Below, one piece after another: positions 25,400-37,819 of a stretch of 64,000 nucleotides of DNA; positions within the stretch are counted from its first letter, which is position 1; each line of letters begins with the position of its first letter. The translations under genes and the position numbers were made by a program. This DNA comes from Somniosus microcephalus (lineage: Eukaryota), in assembly GCA_052327205.1 (NCBI GenBank), contig CM126207.1:201748001-201812000 (forward strand), in the 5' to 3' direction. The notes beneath the pieces are model-generated. The model saw nothing but the letters and a program-made list of their open reading frames with translations. It had not been told where the DNA came from and searched no databases.

Positions 25400-28335
25400 A
25401 CCTTTCAGCCAATGTCCCAAACTCCGCCATCACCATCCCAGGGTATGTCCTGTCCCACCGGCAGAACAGACCCACCAGGGGTGGCGGCACAGTGGTATAC
25501 AGTCGGGAAGGAGTGGTCCTGGGAGTCCTCAACATTGATTCCAGACCCCATGAAGTCTCATGGCTTCAGGTCAAGCATGAGCAAGGAACCCTCCTGCTGA
25601 TTACCGCCCTCCCTCAGCTGATGAATCAGTACTTCTCCATGTTGAACACCACTTGGAAGAAGCACTGAGAGTAGCAAGGGCACAGAATGTACTCTGGGTG
25701 GGGGACTTAAATGTCCAACACCAAGAGTGGTTCAGTAGCACCACTACTGGCCGAGTCCTGAAGGACATATCTGCCAGTCTGGGCCTGCGACAGGTGGTGA
25801 GTGAACCAACACGAGGGAAAACCCTACTTGACCTCATCCTCACCAATCTACCAGTCGCATTGGTAGCAGTGACCACCGCACAGTCATTGTGGAGACGAAG
25901 TTCCGTCTTCACACTGAGAGCACCCTCCATCGTGTTGTGTGGCACTACCACCGTGCTAAATGGGATAGATTCAGAACAGGTCTAGCAACTCAAAACTGGG
26001 CATCCATGAGGCGCTGTGGGCCATCAGCAGCAGCAGAATTGTATTTCACCACAATCTGTAACCTCATGGCCCAGCATATCCCTCACTCTACCATTACCAC
26101 CAAGCCAGGGGACCAACCCAGGTTCAACGAGTGTAGAAGAGCATGCCAGGAGCAGCACCAGGTGTACCTAAAAATGAGGTGCCAACCTGGGGAAGCTGCA
26201 ACACAGGACTACATGCATGCTAAAAAGCGGAAGCAGCATGCTATAGACAGGGCTAAGCGATCCCACAATCAATGGATCAGATCAAAGCTCTGCCGTCCTG
26301 CCACATTCAGTCGTGAATGGTGGTGGACCATTAAACAACTAATAGGAGGAGGAGGCTCCAAGAATATCCCCATCCTCAATAATGGTGGAGCCCAGCACGT
26401 GAGTGCAAAAGACAAGGCTGAAGCATTTGCAACCAACTTCAGCTAGAAGTGCCGAGTGGATGATCCATATCGGCCAACTCCAGAGGTCCCCACCATCACA
26501 GAAACCATTCTTCAGCCAATTCGATTCACTCCACGTGATATCAAGAAACGGCTGAGCGCACTGGGTACAGCAAAGGCTATGGGCCTCGACATCATCCCGG
26601 CTATCGTGCTGAAGACTTGTGCTCCAGAACTAGCCGCACCTCTAGCCATGCTGTTCCAGTACAGCTACAACACTGGCATCTATCCGACAATATGGAAAAC
26701 TGCCCAGGTATGTCCTGTCCACAAAAAGTAGGACAAATCCAACCTGGCCAATTACCGCCCTGACATGAATCAGTCATTCATGAAAGAAAGACTTATGAAA
26801 TAATACTGAGCGGCCTGCGGGTGGCGCTGTCCACGGAGAGTATAAATACTCGGGCACGGGCCCAGCTTGTGCAGGACATTCTTAACAGGAACTAGTGAAG
26901 GACGCAACTAGATCTCCATGTTGTAAAACAGTTGATTAAAGCTTTGTTTAACGCTTAGACCAAGTGCCCAGTAGTTTTCTTACGTCACGCCCCATCAGTC
27001 TACTCTCAATCATCAGCAAAGTGATGGAAGGTGTCATCGACAGTGCTATCAAGCGGCACTTACCAATAACCTGCTCACTGATGCCGAGTTTGGATTCCGC
27101 CAAGACCACTCGGATCCTGACCTCATTACAGCCTTGGTCCAAACATGGACAAAGGAGCTGAATTCCAGAGGTGAGGTGAGAGTGACTGCCCTTGACATCA
27201 AGGCAACATTTGACCGAGTCTGGCATCAGGGAGTCCTAGTAAAACTGAAGTCAATGGGAATCGGGGGGGTGGGGGGGGAAAGCGCCACTGGCTGGAGTCA
27301 TACCTAGCACAAAGGAAGATGGTTGTGGTGGTTGGAGGTCAATCATCACAGCTCCAGGACATCGCTGCAGGAGTTCCTCAGGGCAGTGTCCTAGGCCCAA
27401 CCATCTTCAGCTGCTTCATCAATGACCTTCCCTCCAACATAAGGTCAGAAATGGGATGTTCGCTGATGACTGCATAGCGTTCAGTGCCATTCGCAACTCC
27501 ACAGATAATGAAACAGTCCATGCCCGTTCAGGCTTGGGCTGATAAGTGGCAAGTAACATTCACGCCACAGAAGTGCCAGGCAATGACTATCTCCAACAAG
27601 CGAGAGTCTAACTACCTCCCCATGACATTCAATGGCATTACCATCGCTGACTCCCCCACTATCAACATCCTCGGGGTCACCATTAACCAGAAACTTAACT
27701 GGACCAGCCACATAAATACTTTGGCAACAAGAGCAGGTCAGAGGCTAGGTATTCTGCAGCGGGTGTCTCACCTCCTGACTCCCCAAAGCCTTTCCACCAT
27801 CTACAAGGCACAAGTAAGGAGTGTGATGGAATACTCTTCACTTGCCTGGATGAGTGCAGCTCCAACAACACTCAAGAAGCTTGCCGCCATCCAGGACAAA
27901 GCAGCCCGCTTGATTGGCTCCCTGTCCACCACCTTAAACATTCACTCCCTCCACCACTGGCGTACCGTGGCTGCAGTGTGTACCATCTGCAAGATGCACT
28001 GCAGCAATTCGTCAAGGCTTCTTCGGCAGCACCTCCCAAACCCGCGACCTCTTCCATCTAGAAGGGCAACAGGCACATGGGAACACCACCACCTCCAAGT
28101 TCCCCTCCAAGTCACACACCATCCTGACTTAGAAGTATATCGCCGATCCTTCATCGTCGCTGGGTCAAAATCCTGGAACTCCCTACCTAACAGCACTGTG
28201 GGAGTACCTTCACCACATGGACTGCAGCGGTTCAAGAAGGTGGCTCACCACCACCTTCTCAAGGGCAACTAGGGATGGGCAATAAATGCTGGCTTTGCCA
28301 GCGACGCCCTGATCCCATAAACTAATTTTTTTTTA
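25400..28335 (+). mobile_element. Longest CR1-clade LINE family A copy (partial APE endonuclease, RT, 3'UTR), decayed
   Basis: Consecutive ORF pieces: PGYVLSHRQNRPTRGGG and VGDLN (endonuclease), KAMGLD..IP, RPISLL, GVPQGS-type motif, YKAQVRSVMEYS. Multiple stops and frameshifts; interrupted by an LTR. Confidence 0.9.
26761..26987 (+). mobile_element. Solo LTR (227 bp)
   Basis: TG...CA termini (TGACAT/ACGTCA), 5-bp TSD CGCCC (26756-60/26988-92), TATAAATA at 26841, ATTAAA at 26935; splits the LINE NYRP|ISLL motif. Confidence 0.85.
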
Positions 28336-28432
28336 AAGTTCTGATGACGGGTTACACCTGAACCGTTAACTTGTCTGTTCTTTGCACAGATGCTGTCTGA
28401 CCTGATTGTTTCCAGCATTTTCTATTTTTATT
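28336..28432 (+). mobile_element. Short Penelope-related hammerhead repeat (degenerate)
   Basis: aagtt-CTGATGA-cgggttacacct-GAAC-cgtt-aactt followed by cagatgctgtctgacctg...ttccagcatttt. Confidence 0.55.
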
Positions 28433-31400
28433 CAATGGAACTGTACTCTGGTGGAACCACAAGAGGAGGGATAAGCACAGAGAATGAAATTTAGAGGAAG
28501 AAAATAGCAGGCAATCCTTGTTTGTTTCCTCCAGAAATAAAAAATTTAGAGATGTGAAGGATAGAACCTAAAGTATTTTAGAAGCAAACTTGAGATTATG
28601 GGGAATAAATAAAAAAGCACAGGTTCTGACTGTGGACCTAATATATTCAGGTAAGTGTTTATTTTGTCCCATTTTAAGCTATTTTATTTCCCCTTCCCTG
28701 TGACGTGCATCTTTCCCCCCTAGGATGTGGGCTAGGTCGGATCTGCTCCTAGATCTCTGATACTGCTATTGATCTGAATGCATGAATGGGCAAAAAAAAA
28801 CGGATGCATTAGCAGTTTATTATATATTTTTCTCTGTTACCTGTCTCTTGTACTATGCCTGAAATAAGAAGAAAACGCCATGGGATATAGTGGGCATGAA
28901 CTTGTGCCTTGCCATACCATGGCACAGTGAGACAGGTCACTGTGATGCTTTATAAGTGCTTCTTCTATACTAATAATATTGGGGTGCAGTAAAAACAGTA
29001 TTTCTGTGCTAATAAACTCACTGTACAATTCTCCATTTCTTTATCACCTTCCTCAAGCTAATATATAAACCTATGTCATTGGGATTAATAACAAGAAGTG
29101 TAAAATATATGCACTTTTAAAATGGCTTGCTCCTGTTTCTGGTTGAAGTTAAAAGTATTTAAAGGTTTTTGACGCACACGTTTTGAAATGACTTGAGGTT
29201 TTTTTTGTTTGAACAACACCGAGCGAATCAGGGAGATGCTTTACTCCCAGTTGCCATTTTGAAACATTCCTGTTTTCAAAATGGCAGATTATGACACAAA
29301 TGTGTTTCTTGATTTGTTATGTTTAAGAAACAAATACGCGGGAAATGGGAATGTTTAGCATGCATCCCACGAATCGATGACAGATCATATCAAAATGAGA
29401 TACATACGTTTGTTTCAGTTCACTCTTTTTTCAGGGTAGATGTAAACCAGTGGAAAAGTGCAGTATTTATGCGGAGCGCCAATATAAAAATAATGGATAA
29501 TTCTGGAGTGCATGACATTGTGCTTTGGAAACCCAAGAATTAGGGTTTTACAATCGTGTTTGACTGGTGACAGTTTTAAATTTAGGGAGCTTGCATAGGC
29601 TGGAAAATCTTACTTTGCGTCATACATCCAGAGTAGCTGGCTGAGTTTATGACTCGACAGATGAATCACTTGCATTTCCAGGAAGGTGGGCATGAATCAT
29701 CTGAGTGCTATGATGCCGCTGTATGGACGATCTCCTTGTTTATGTGGGTACTGAGGTGGTCTGAGCCGTGGAGTCATTAGCATTGCAAATTGCTGGTTGT
29801 CTCAGCTGCTGAACTGCATTCCAAAAATTGTTTTCAGTTGTGCTGAGCCAGAATGATTCAATGATTAATTTTTATGATCTCCATTGAAGTTTGCAAGTGG
29901 TTTTGAATTTCTTAAATAGATTACCGTTATCAAACCCTTATAAATAAAAGATTCTAAAGGGTAACCATGATGTCCTATTAAGTACAGCTATGTGTGTGTT
30001 CTGATAGAATTGATGCTTCTTTTCAAATAGAGAAACACTTCTGGCTCCCAGTGCCACTGCTGTTGAAACTGCCCCGTTTGCATAAACAGCACCTATTTTG
30101 TTTAGAGCACCGACCTCTCCCAATGGTTGTGAAAAGTCTGTATATGCCAACAAAGGCAAAAAGAGCTCCGCCAACCTCTCTGGAGGTGGCCGGGAGAGCA
30201 GCAGTTGCATAGTTGGGCAACATTGATATTCTGGTAAGCCACTTGCCAATCTGCCGTCATCGAAGGTTGGTTTGGCTTGATAATTTGGTGCGCACCATCT
30301 CTATCAGGACTGTATCTCTTTGTTGCCATTTGCAGTTGGCTGCCAACTTCAGAGGTGCTGTAGGTGGCAAAATGCAGATATACGCTGTCTTGACCATTTA
30401 TACCTGTCACGGTTTTAATGACTTGCCTATTGAATAGCTAGCATTTCTGCAGCTTAACTAATGTAAAATATAATTCTAGTACTTATTTTCAGTCTCCATT
30501 GATTGGTGTCTGCTGTATTCAAAAAGAAAACTAAATAAACCAACGGTTGGTGTGTGTCCTGTTGGTGAAGCATATAGGCATTGAAGGATACACTTGTGAT
30601 GTATTCATAGTTTTTTTTGAGAAACAATTTGCTTTTTTTCACCAGAAAATAATATGGCCAGTGTATCTCTCTGAGCACCGTTTTAATTCTACGCAGAAGA
30701 TGGGAGCAGTAGCTGTTGTGACATTACAGTAGTGGCAGGGAATTATTCATACTATGTGTGCAAGGCAGGATGGTTTGGTTTTGGCAACAAACTAGTTAAT
30801 GACTGAGTGCGGAATTGCATTGCTGATTAAAAAGGAAATCCACTACTTTAGGTCCAGTTTGGTTAAGCTTTTGCATCTAATATTGATTAGAAATGGTTCT
30901 TAATCCATTCTAGATTTGTAGAATTCGGTACAAAGACAATATCCTTGAGCTTGCTTTACAATAAAAATGGTTCTGTAAAAATGATAATGAAATCCAAGTG
31001 TATAACATCTAAATGCACACCAAATCTGCCTTTTGAGCAAAGGTATGTGTTTAGTTTTGTGCCCAGTGTTGGCAGTGGAAAAACTGTTACAATTGCAAAT
31101 TTTGCTTTGCACCTTGAGTTGGGAATTCTCAATGTGGCTGATATTTTCTTTGCACTCCCAATCAGGTATGTTAAATGGAAAGATCCATCTAAAGATCGAA
31201 GGTGGGGTTGGGGAGAGAAGAGATGTGGGTGACAGCAGATTACTGGGTTCAACAAGGTTCAGGGAAACTGCTGTTCCATGTTAATTTGTCCTGAACATGG
31301 CCTTTGCTAGAGTTGTCTATTTTAATATTTCAAGCTTGCATCCAACAGAGCTCTCACAGACAAAAACAAAAGACCAAGAATCTGATATCTGGATAATTAT

Positions 31401-32989
31401 AGAATGTCATTGGAATGGTTCATATATTTTTAGAACTTTAATTGGATAGTTGAAACTGTCTCTGAGGTAAAATTCCCCTTTGAACCAATAAGGTGAGAGA
31501 ATGTAATGAAAACCTCCCCACCCCCTCATCTTTACAAGTTATAAAAGTTAGTGATAGATTTATGAAAAGTTATTGTAACCACACATCACTTGAGCTATAC
31601 AAGTTCTTTAAATTTGTGTGTTGTTTGCCTTTTCAAGCAGTTGCTACTCTGGAGAGTGTTAAACTAGATCTCTGGAAAGCCAAATTTAGACAAATTTCAT
31701 AAACCAGATAGGATTTCAAACAGTAGGTTTTTGTTCCGTCAATGGTCGCGTGTCACTATGAAAAATGCTGTACATTATACACATTCTAAACAAAATTCAA
31801 AAGTTGAAAAGGGACCCAGACATTATTTTTTAACACTGCACATCCACGTCAGCAACGAATGAATCTGGGCAGGCTTAACGAGGCCAATCAGGGCAAAATA
31901 GCATCAGTTTGTCGGATGTCGCTGGGGGTGGGACTAGAACCCAGAAGGCAGCAGTCCCGCCCCCAACTCGTCTCGGTGAGTAAAATCCAGCCCCTTGAGT
32001 CCTACTACACAGACACTGAATACCCCTCCCACCACCAACGTGATATTTTGCCAACTGACATGGGCGAATGTCCCAGTGGCTCTGGATTCAGAGATCCTTC
32101 CTGGCCCCACTGGGAACCTTGGGGGTAAAGTGCTAACTATCTCTGGTTCATTACTTGTAGTTAAATCAAGTATCGCCAGCTCCCTTGTTGTGTTGAAGAC
32201 CTGCTGCTTTAGGAAACTATCTTCAATGTATTCAATAAATCTATTCTCTTTCCTGGTTGTTCTGTTATTTCTCTCTCAATCTATATGCAGGTTAAAATTT
32301 CCTGCATATTGGAGAGTCCAGGTTTTCTTGTCCTTTAGGATCCTACAAGACCTCGTCTAATATGTGATCATCTGTTATTTAAGAGGAAGACCAGGAGTTT
32401 CCTAATTGGTGATTGGCAGTCTCATAAATTTGGGTATTTCTGCTGGTTTACTTTTACTATTTTAAAAAGAATTCCCCCCCCCTAAACACAGAGCAGCCTG
32501 GCTGGTCATACTCCAATGAGGCACAAACATTCCATCCTTAATCAGTTTAATTAGCTAGGTGCCTTTGAAAGGTAACTAGCTGTCCTCAGCAGTGTGATCA
32601 TTGTAGAAATTTTAAGCTTTGTTGCCATTCAGGAATGTTGTTTCCAATTGGTGTGTCTTGTGATGCTGGTCCCTCAAACCATGGCCCTTTGATTTCATGG
32701 GATAGTTGTGGCCATGTTCCAGTGCATCAGCTAACCACCTTCACCTTGTCAACAATGTGATGTTTTATAAACTCATCAAAGTTGACTGCTACAATCTTCG
32801 AGATTGTTCCTATGACAACAGCTTGCATTTATATAGTGCCTTTAATGTAGAAAAGTATTCCAAGGCCTTTCACACAGGTGTGAAGGGAAAAAATACAGTT
32901 GCTCAGCCAGAGGAGGAGTGATTAGGAGAGGTGATCAATAGCTTGGTCAGCAAAGTGGGTTTAAAATGCTGAGATAGTCTCCACTTCAA

Positions 32990-34030
32990 TAGCTTTGTGT
33001 TCTAATAACCTTCTGAAAATATTCCCCCATCATTCTTTAGTGCTAATCCATCCTGTTAAGTGATTTGCCACCCAGTGGAATCAGTCTTTCACAGATTACA
33101 CTCTCTAACCTTTCATAACTTTGAAAACCTCTATTAAATCCCACCGTAACCTCTTCTAATGGAAAAGCTGCAACGTTTCAACCCTTCCTTTGTAACTAGA
33201 GCCACTTGCTCCTGGTAGTACTGTATTTTAGTGAATCTTTACTGTACCTTTTACTTGGCTCTAATGTTTTTCCTATAATGGGACATTCTGAGCTAGACAC
33301 AGCACTTGAACTGTGGTCTTGTCAATGTTTTATATAAATTCAGCATCATCTCCTTTTATATTCAATGTTTCTCTGCATAAGACCCAGAATCCCATTTGCC
33401 TTTTTATGGCCTTTTCTACCTGCCTCCTTCGATTTCTCTGTTCCTCCACTCTTTTAAGGATTTTCCCTAAGGTAATGGCTGTTTAACTGTTCTCTTTCTC
33501 CAACTGTACTACTTCATATTTCTCTGCATTGACCTACATCTGCCACCTATCTGCACATTCCACTAATCTGTTTGTCCTGCATTATTATTCTTCGGTTTAC
33601 TGTGCATCCTAATTTGGTATCAGCAAACTTTGAAATGGTTCATCTTGTACCAATGTTCAATTCTATTATCTAATAATGAGAGCAGTTTCAGCAAGGTCCC
33701 TGGGGCACACTGTTACCCAAATCCTGCAATCTGAAAACCATCCACTTATCCTTACTCTTTGCTTTCTGTCCCTTAGCCATCTCTTTCCATGTGGCTACAT
33801 TTTTTTTTTAATACCTTGTGTATGAATTTTTGTAACTAGTCTCCTATGTGACACCTTTTCAAATGTCTTCTGAAATCCATATATACATCCACTATATTCT
33901 CTGACTCAGTTTAAATTAGTCAAGCAAGACCTGTCCTTTACAAATCCATGCTGACTGTCCCTGATTAGTCAGTGCCTCTAAGTGTCCACAAATTTCATTC
34001 CATATAATGGACTTTCAAAGTTTACCCACA
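32990..34030 (-). mobile_element. Old degraded CR1 LINE fragment
   Basis: Antisense CR1 motifs (aatttggtatcagcaaactt, acaaatccatgctgact, gacaccttttcaaatgtc). Confidence 0.55.
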
Positions 34031-35652
34031 GCAGAGGAGAGCATTAATGATCCAAAGGAAGAATTTATACTAATTTATACCCAGACTCAAAAGCCATCAC
34101 AATGGTACAGTTTGAGCAGAAGAAATGATTGCTTCAGAAAATGTACAAAGAAGTTTCTACTATCTTGTACATGGGGCCAAAATGAAAGCCCTATCCTACA
34201 GAATTCTGGTGCATAGTCACCTGGACCAGGAATGTCACCTGCTTAAATAGAAGATACTGCCTCTGAAAGGAAAAGGTTTTTTTCTGTCATTTCATCCAAA
34301 GTTGTTTTGATATGTAGCCTGGCTCTCGCTCATCTACTTGATGATCCCCTACTCCGAAGGTATCTAGCTTGACATTGGGGTTTGGCACTTGAGCTGAGTA
34401 CAACTCTTTATAAGAAGGTCTGGATTGATGATTATTTATTAATGGATTGCCGCACTGTGAAAATCTGCAGTTCTAATGGACGGATGGAGGCTGGTTACAT
34501 AACTGCAGAGTCAGCAACCTGTAAAGTCACTGGTCTCAGTGTTACTTAGGATGCTGCAATAAACTCTCCACTATTCTAGATAAGGGTGCTGTCTTCAAGG
34601 GTAGTGCTGAGACCACAAAATGGCTGATCCACCTTGACTGTACGCATTCTCTAAAGCACTATTTCTCTCATCCAATTGTTTGGCTGAGTTGGGTTTTTTT
34701 TGCACCTGAATGCATGCCTTGGTTGTCTCCCATACCTATGATGGCAAGGCCGCTTTAAAAGTATGCAAGTCATAATAAAACACATCCTGTTTCGCTTGCA
34801 GTATTACTGGAAAAGCTAGATCACCCATCAATATTCAGTTTCTAGGTCGATGAGAGCTGACAGTAACTCCTCAACACGAATACTAATTTAACCCGGTATG
34901 ATCTGAAGTTCCGATGCTTGCAGTCTCGCATGAGTCAGTAACTATACTGACTGGAAATAATGTGTGCACTTGCACAAATTAAAAATTGGCTTTTTATTGT
35001 CCTTGTATTCTAATTCTTACAGCTGATTGTGTAGATGGCAATGCAGTCCTAATTCTTTACAAGTAACTCATCACTGAACATTTCAGTGAGTGGGACAGTA
35101 GGTGCCTGGATTCAGTATACCTGTAATGTGTATATTTAGGCCCAAGGTGACCATTGTAACACTTCAAATAAAGCAATTGCTTTACTGAATCTACATGACT
35201 AGGAACTAACTAACGTGTGATGCCTGTGGTTTTAACCCTGAAATGTACCAATGATGCTACAGTGCGACATCCCCACTGGGTTTGGCATGTTTTGCGGCCA
35301 GGAAGGTTTTACAGTGCGAATCATTTGAAGGTTCCAAAACACATTTTTCAGTCTGTGAGGAGGGAGGGAATGCAAGGCGATCTGGTTTCTTACTGCATTG
35401 TATTGTAAAGTAGAACCCAACTATATTTGTGTGAACCCCAAATAAGTTTGTAAATTATTTTGTGATAGTGGAAATGGTGACTTTCTCGTGTGTATTTTTT
35501 TGTGTTTATGATGAGGGGCATTAGTGCTGGGAAATGAGCCATTTTCCATTTCTATCAGCATGAATGGTGTGGAGATGCCGGAGTTGGACTGGGGTGGACA
35601 AATGTAAGAAGTCACACAACACCAGGTTATAGTCCAACAGCTTTATTTGAAA

Positions 35653-35689
35653 TCACAAGCTTTCGGAGCGCTGCTCCTTCTTCAGGTGA
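35653..35689 (-). ncRNA. Minimal type I hammerhead ribozyme in pLTR
   Basis: Exact reverse complement of 37460-37496. Confidence 0.7.
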
Positions 35690-37459
35690 AGTGGAGAAAT
35701 GCATAAAGACACAGCTTATATAGCCAGAGAATCATGTCAGATGTTTACAGGTAACCTTTCCAACTGCCATTTATCACACCTCGGCAGAGAGATAATCACA
35801 GCAGTCAAAGGTGTGAATGGTGTCCAAACAGGTCAGTCAGGGAAACATTACATCAAAGAACAATGAGTTGGGGTCACAAGGGGTCAAATATTGCAGATGC
35901 TGGGGTCTGTATGAAAAACAATAAAACAGACAAAAAACATTTTTTTGGGCTGGAAATCACAGCAGGTCCGGCCGCATCTGTGTAGAGAGAACAAGCCAAT
36001 GTCGACTCGAGTCTGGATGACCCTGCGTCAGGTGGGGTTACATGTAGCGTGACATGAACCCAAGATCTCGGTTGAGGCCGTCCTCATGGGTGCGGAACTT
36101 GGCTATCAGTTTCTGCTCGACGATTTTGCGTTGTCGTGTGTCTCGAAGGCCGCCTTGGAGAATGCTTACCCGAAGATCGGAGGCTGAATGTCCTTGACTG
36201 CTGAAGTGTTCCCCGACTGGGAGGGAACACTCCTGCCTGGTGATTGTTGCGCGGTGTCCGTTCATCCGTTGTCACAGTGTCTGCATGGTCTCGCCGATGT
36301 ACCATGCTCCGGGGCATCCTTTCCGGCAACGTATGAGGTAGACAACGTTGGCCGAGTCACATGAGTATGTACCATGTACCTGGTGGGTGGTGTCCTCACG
36401 TGTGATGATGGTATCTGTTGATGATCTGGCATGTCTTGCAGAGGTTGCTGTGGCAGGGTTGTGTGGTGTCGTGGTCGCTGTTCTCCTGAAGGCTGGGTAA
36501 TTTGCTGCGAACGATGGTCTGTTTGAGGTTAGGCGGCTGTTTGAAAGCGAGTAGTGGAGGCGTGGGGATGGCCTTAGCGAGGTGTTCGTCGTCATCGATG
36601 ACATGTTGAAGGCTGCGAAGAACATGGCGTAGTTTCTCCGCTCCGGGGAAGTACTGGACGACGAAGGGTACTCTGTTGGTTGTGTCCCGTGTTTGTCTTC
36701 TGAGGAGATCTATGCGATTTTTCGCTGTGGCCCGTCGGAACTGTCGATCGACGAGTCGAGCGTCATATCCCGTTCTTACAAGGGCGTCTTTCAGTGTCTG
36801 TAGGTGTCCATCGCGTTCCTCTTCGTCTGAGCAGATCCTGTGTATTCGCAGGGCTTGTCCATAGGGGATGGCTTCTTTAACGTGGTTAGGGTGGAAGCTG
36901 GAGAAGTGAAGCATCGTGAGGTTGTCCGTGGGCTTGCGGTAGAGTGAAGTGCTGAGGTGTCCGTCTTTGATGGAGATTCGTGTGTCCAGGAATGAGACCG
37001 ATTCTGAGGAGTAGTCCATGGTGAGTTTGATGGTGGGATGGAACTTGTTGATGTTATCGTGTAGTCTTTTCAGTGATTCTTCGCCGTGGGTCCATAGGAA
37101 GAAAATGTCGTCGATGTATCTGGTGTATAGCGTTGGTTGGAGATCCTGTGCAGCGAAGAAGTCTTGCTCGAACTTGTGCATGAAGATGTTTGCGTATTGG
37201 GGTGCGAATTTGGTCCCCATGGCTGTTCCGTGTGTTTGGGTAAAGAACTGGTTGTCCTGCATCTGCAATTTGTGACCCCACCTCATTGTTCTTTGATGTA
37301 ATGTTTCCCTGACTGACCTGTTTGGACACCATTCGCACCTTTGACTGCTGTGATTATCTCTCTGCCGAGGTGTGATAAATGGCAGTTGGAAAGGTTACCT
37401 GTAAACATCTGACATGATTCTCTGGCTATATAAGCTGTGTCTTTATGCATTTCTCCACT

Positions 37460-37496
37460 TCACCTGAAGAAGGAGCAGCGCTCCGAAAGCTTGTGA
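37460..37496 (+). ncRNA. Minimal type I hammerhead ribozyme in pLTR
   Basis: tcac-CTGAAGA-a-ggagc-agc-gctcc-GAAA-gctt-gtga: helix I, catalytic core, helix II and palindromic AAGCTT helix III, as known for Penelope-like elements. Confidence 0.7.
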
Positions 37497-37819
37497 TTTC
37501 AAATAAAGCTGTTGGACTATAACCTGGTGTTGTGTGACTTCTTACATTTATCAGCATGAAACACAACCAGGCCAAGTACGGCACAGTTAAATGCAGTGAA
37601 GTTCCATGTACTCTGCCCCAATCTAAAAAAAAAAGGCACAGAAAATGCTGGAGTTACACAGCTCTAAGTGAAAATACAGGTTAACATTTTGAACATGGAC
37701 TTCAGTAACCTCAGACTTTAGTTATATCCTAAATTTGTAACCTGTTTTAATTTCATAACTAGCTCCCAGGTTTTCTGTGTTTTTCATCTCCCCCATTTTC
37801 TCGCATTTGCCTCTGACAG

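Larger units (their letters stand above)
35565..37548 (-). mobile_element. Penelope-like element (Neptune-type), 5'-truncated, with inverted pLTRs
   Basis: Minus ORFs: RT (GTAMG, RYIDDIF, FLD), C-x4-C-x2-C linker, GIY-YIG (NVVYLIRC...YIGET), GLN end. One frameshift and one TGA. About 280-bp inverted repeats 35600-35879/37273-37549; 12-bp TSD TATCAGCATGAA (35553-64/37549-60). Confidence 0.95.

Noticed and set aside
29938-30410. Two ~100-aa minus-strand ORFs as a nested antisense gene
   Set aside because: Both use non-ATG starts, show no recognisable domain and have no supporting minus-strand exon structure; + strand splice and structure signals explain the region better.
30945-31232. ORF with VGSGKTVTIANFAL resembling a Walker A/P-loop
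   Set aside because: Lacks the first Gly/Ala of [AG]x4GK[ST], has no Walker B, starts at TTG and is AT-rich; likely chance.
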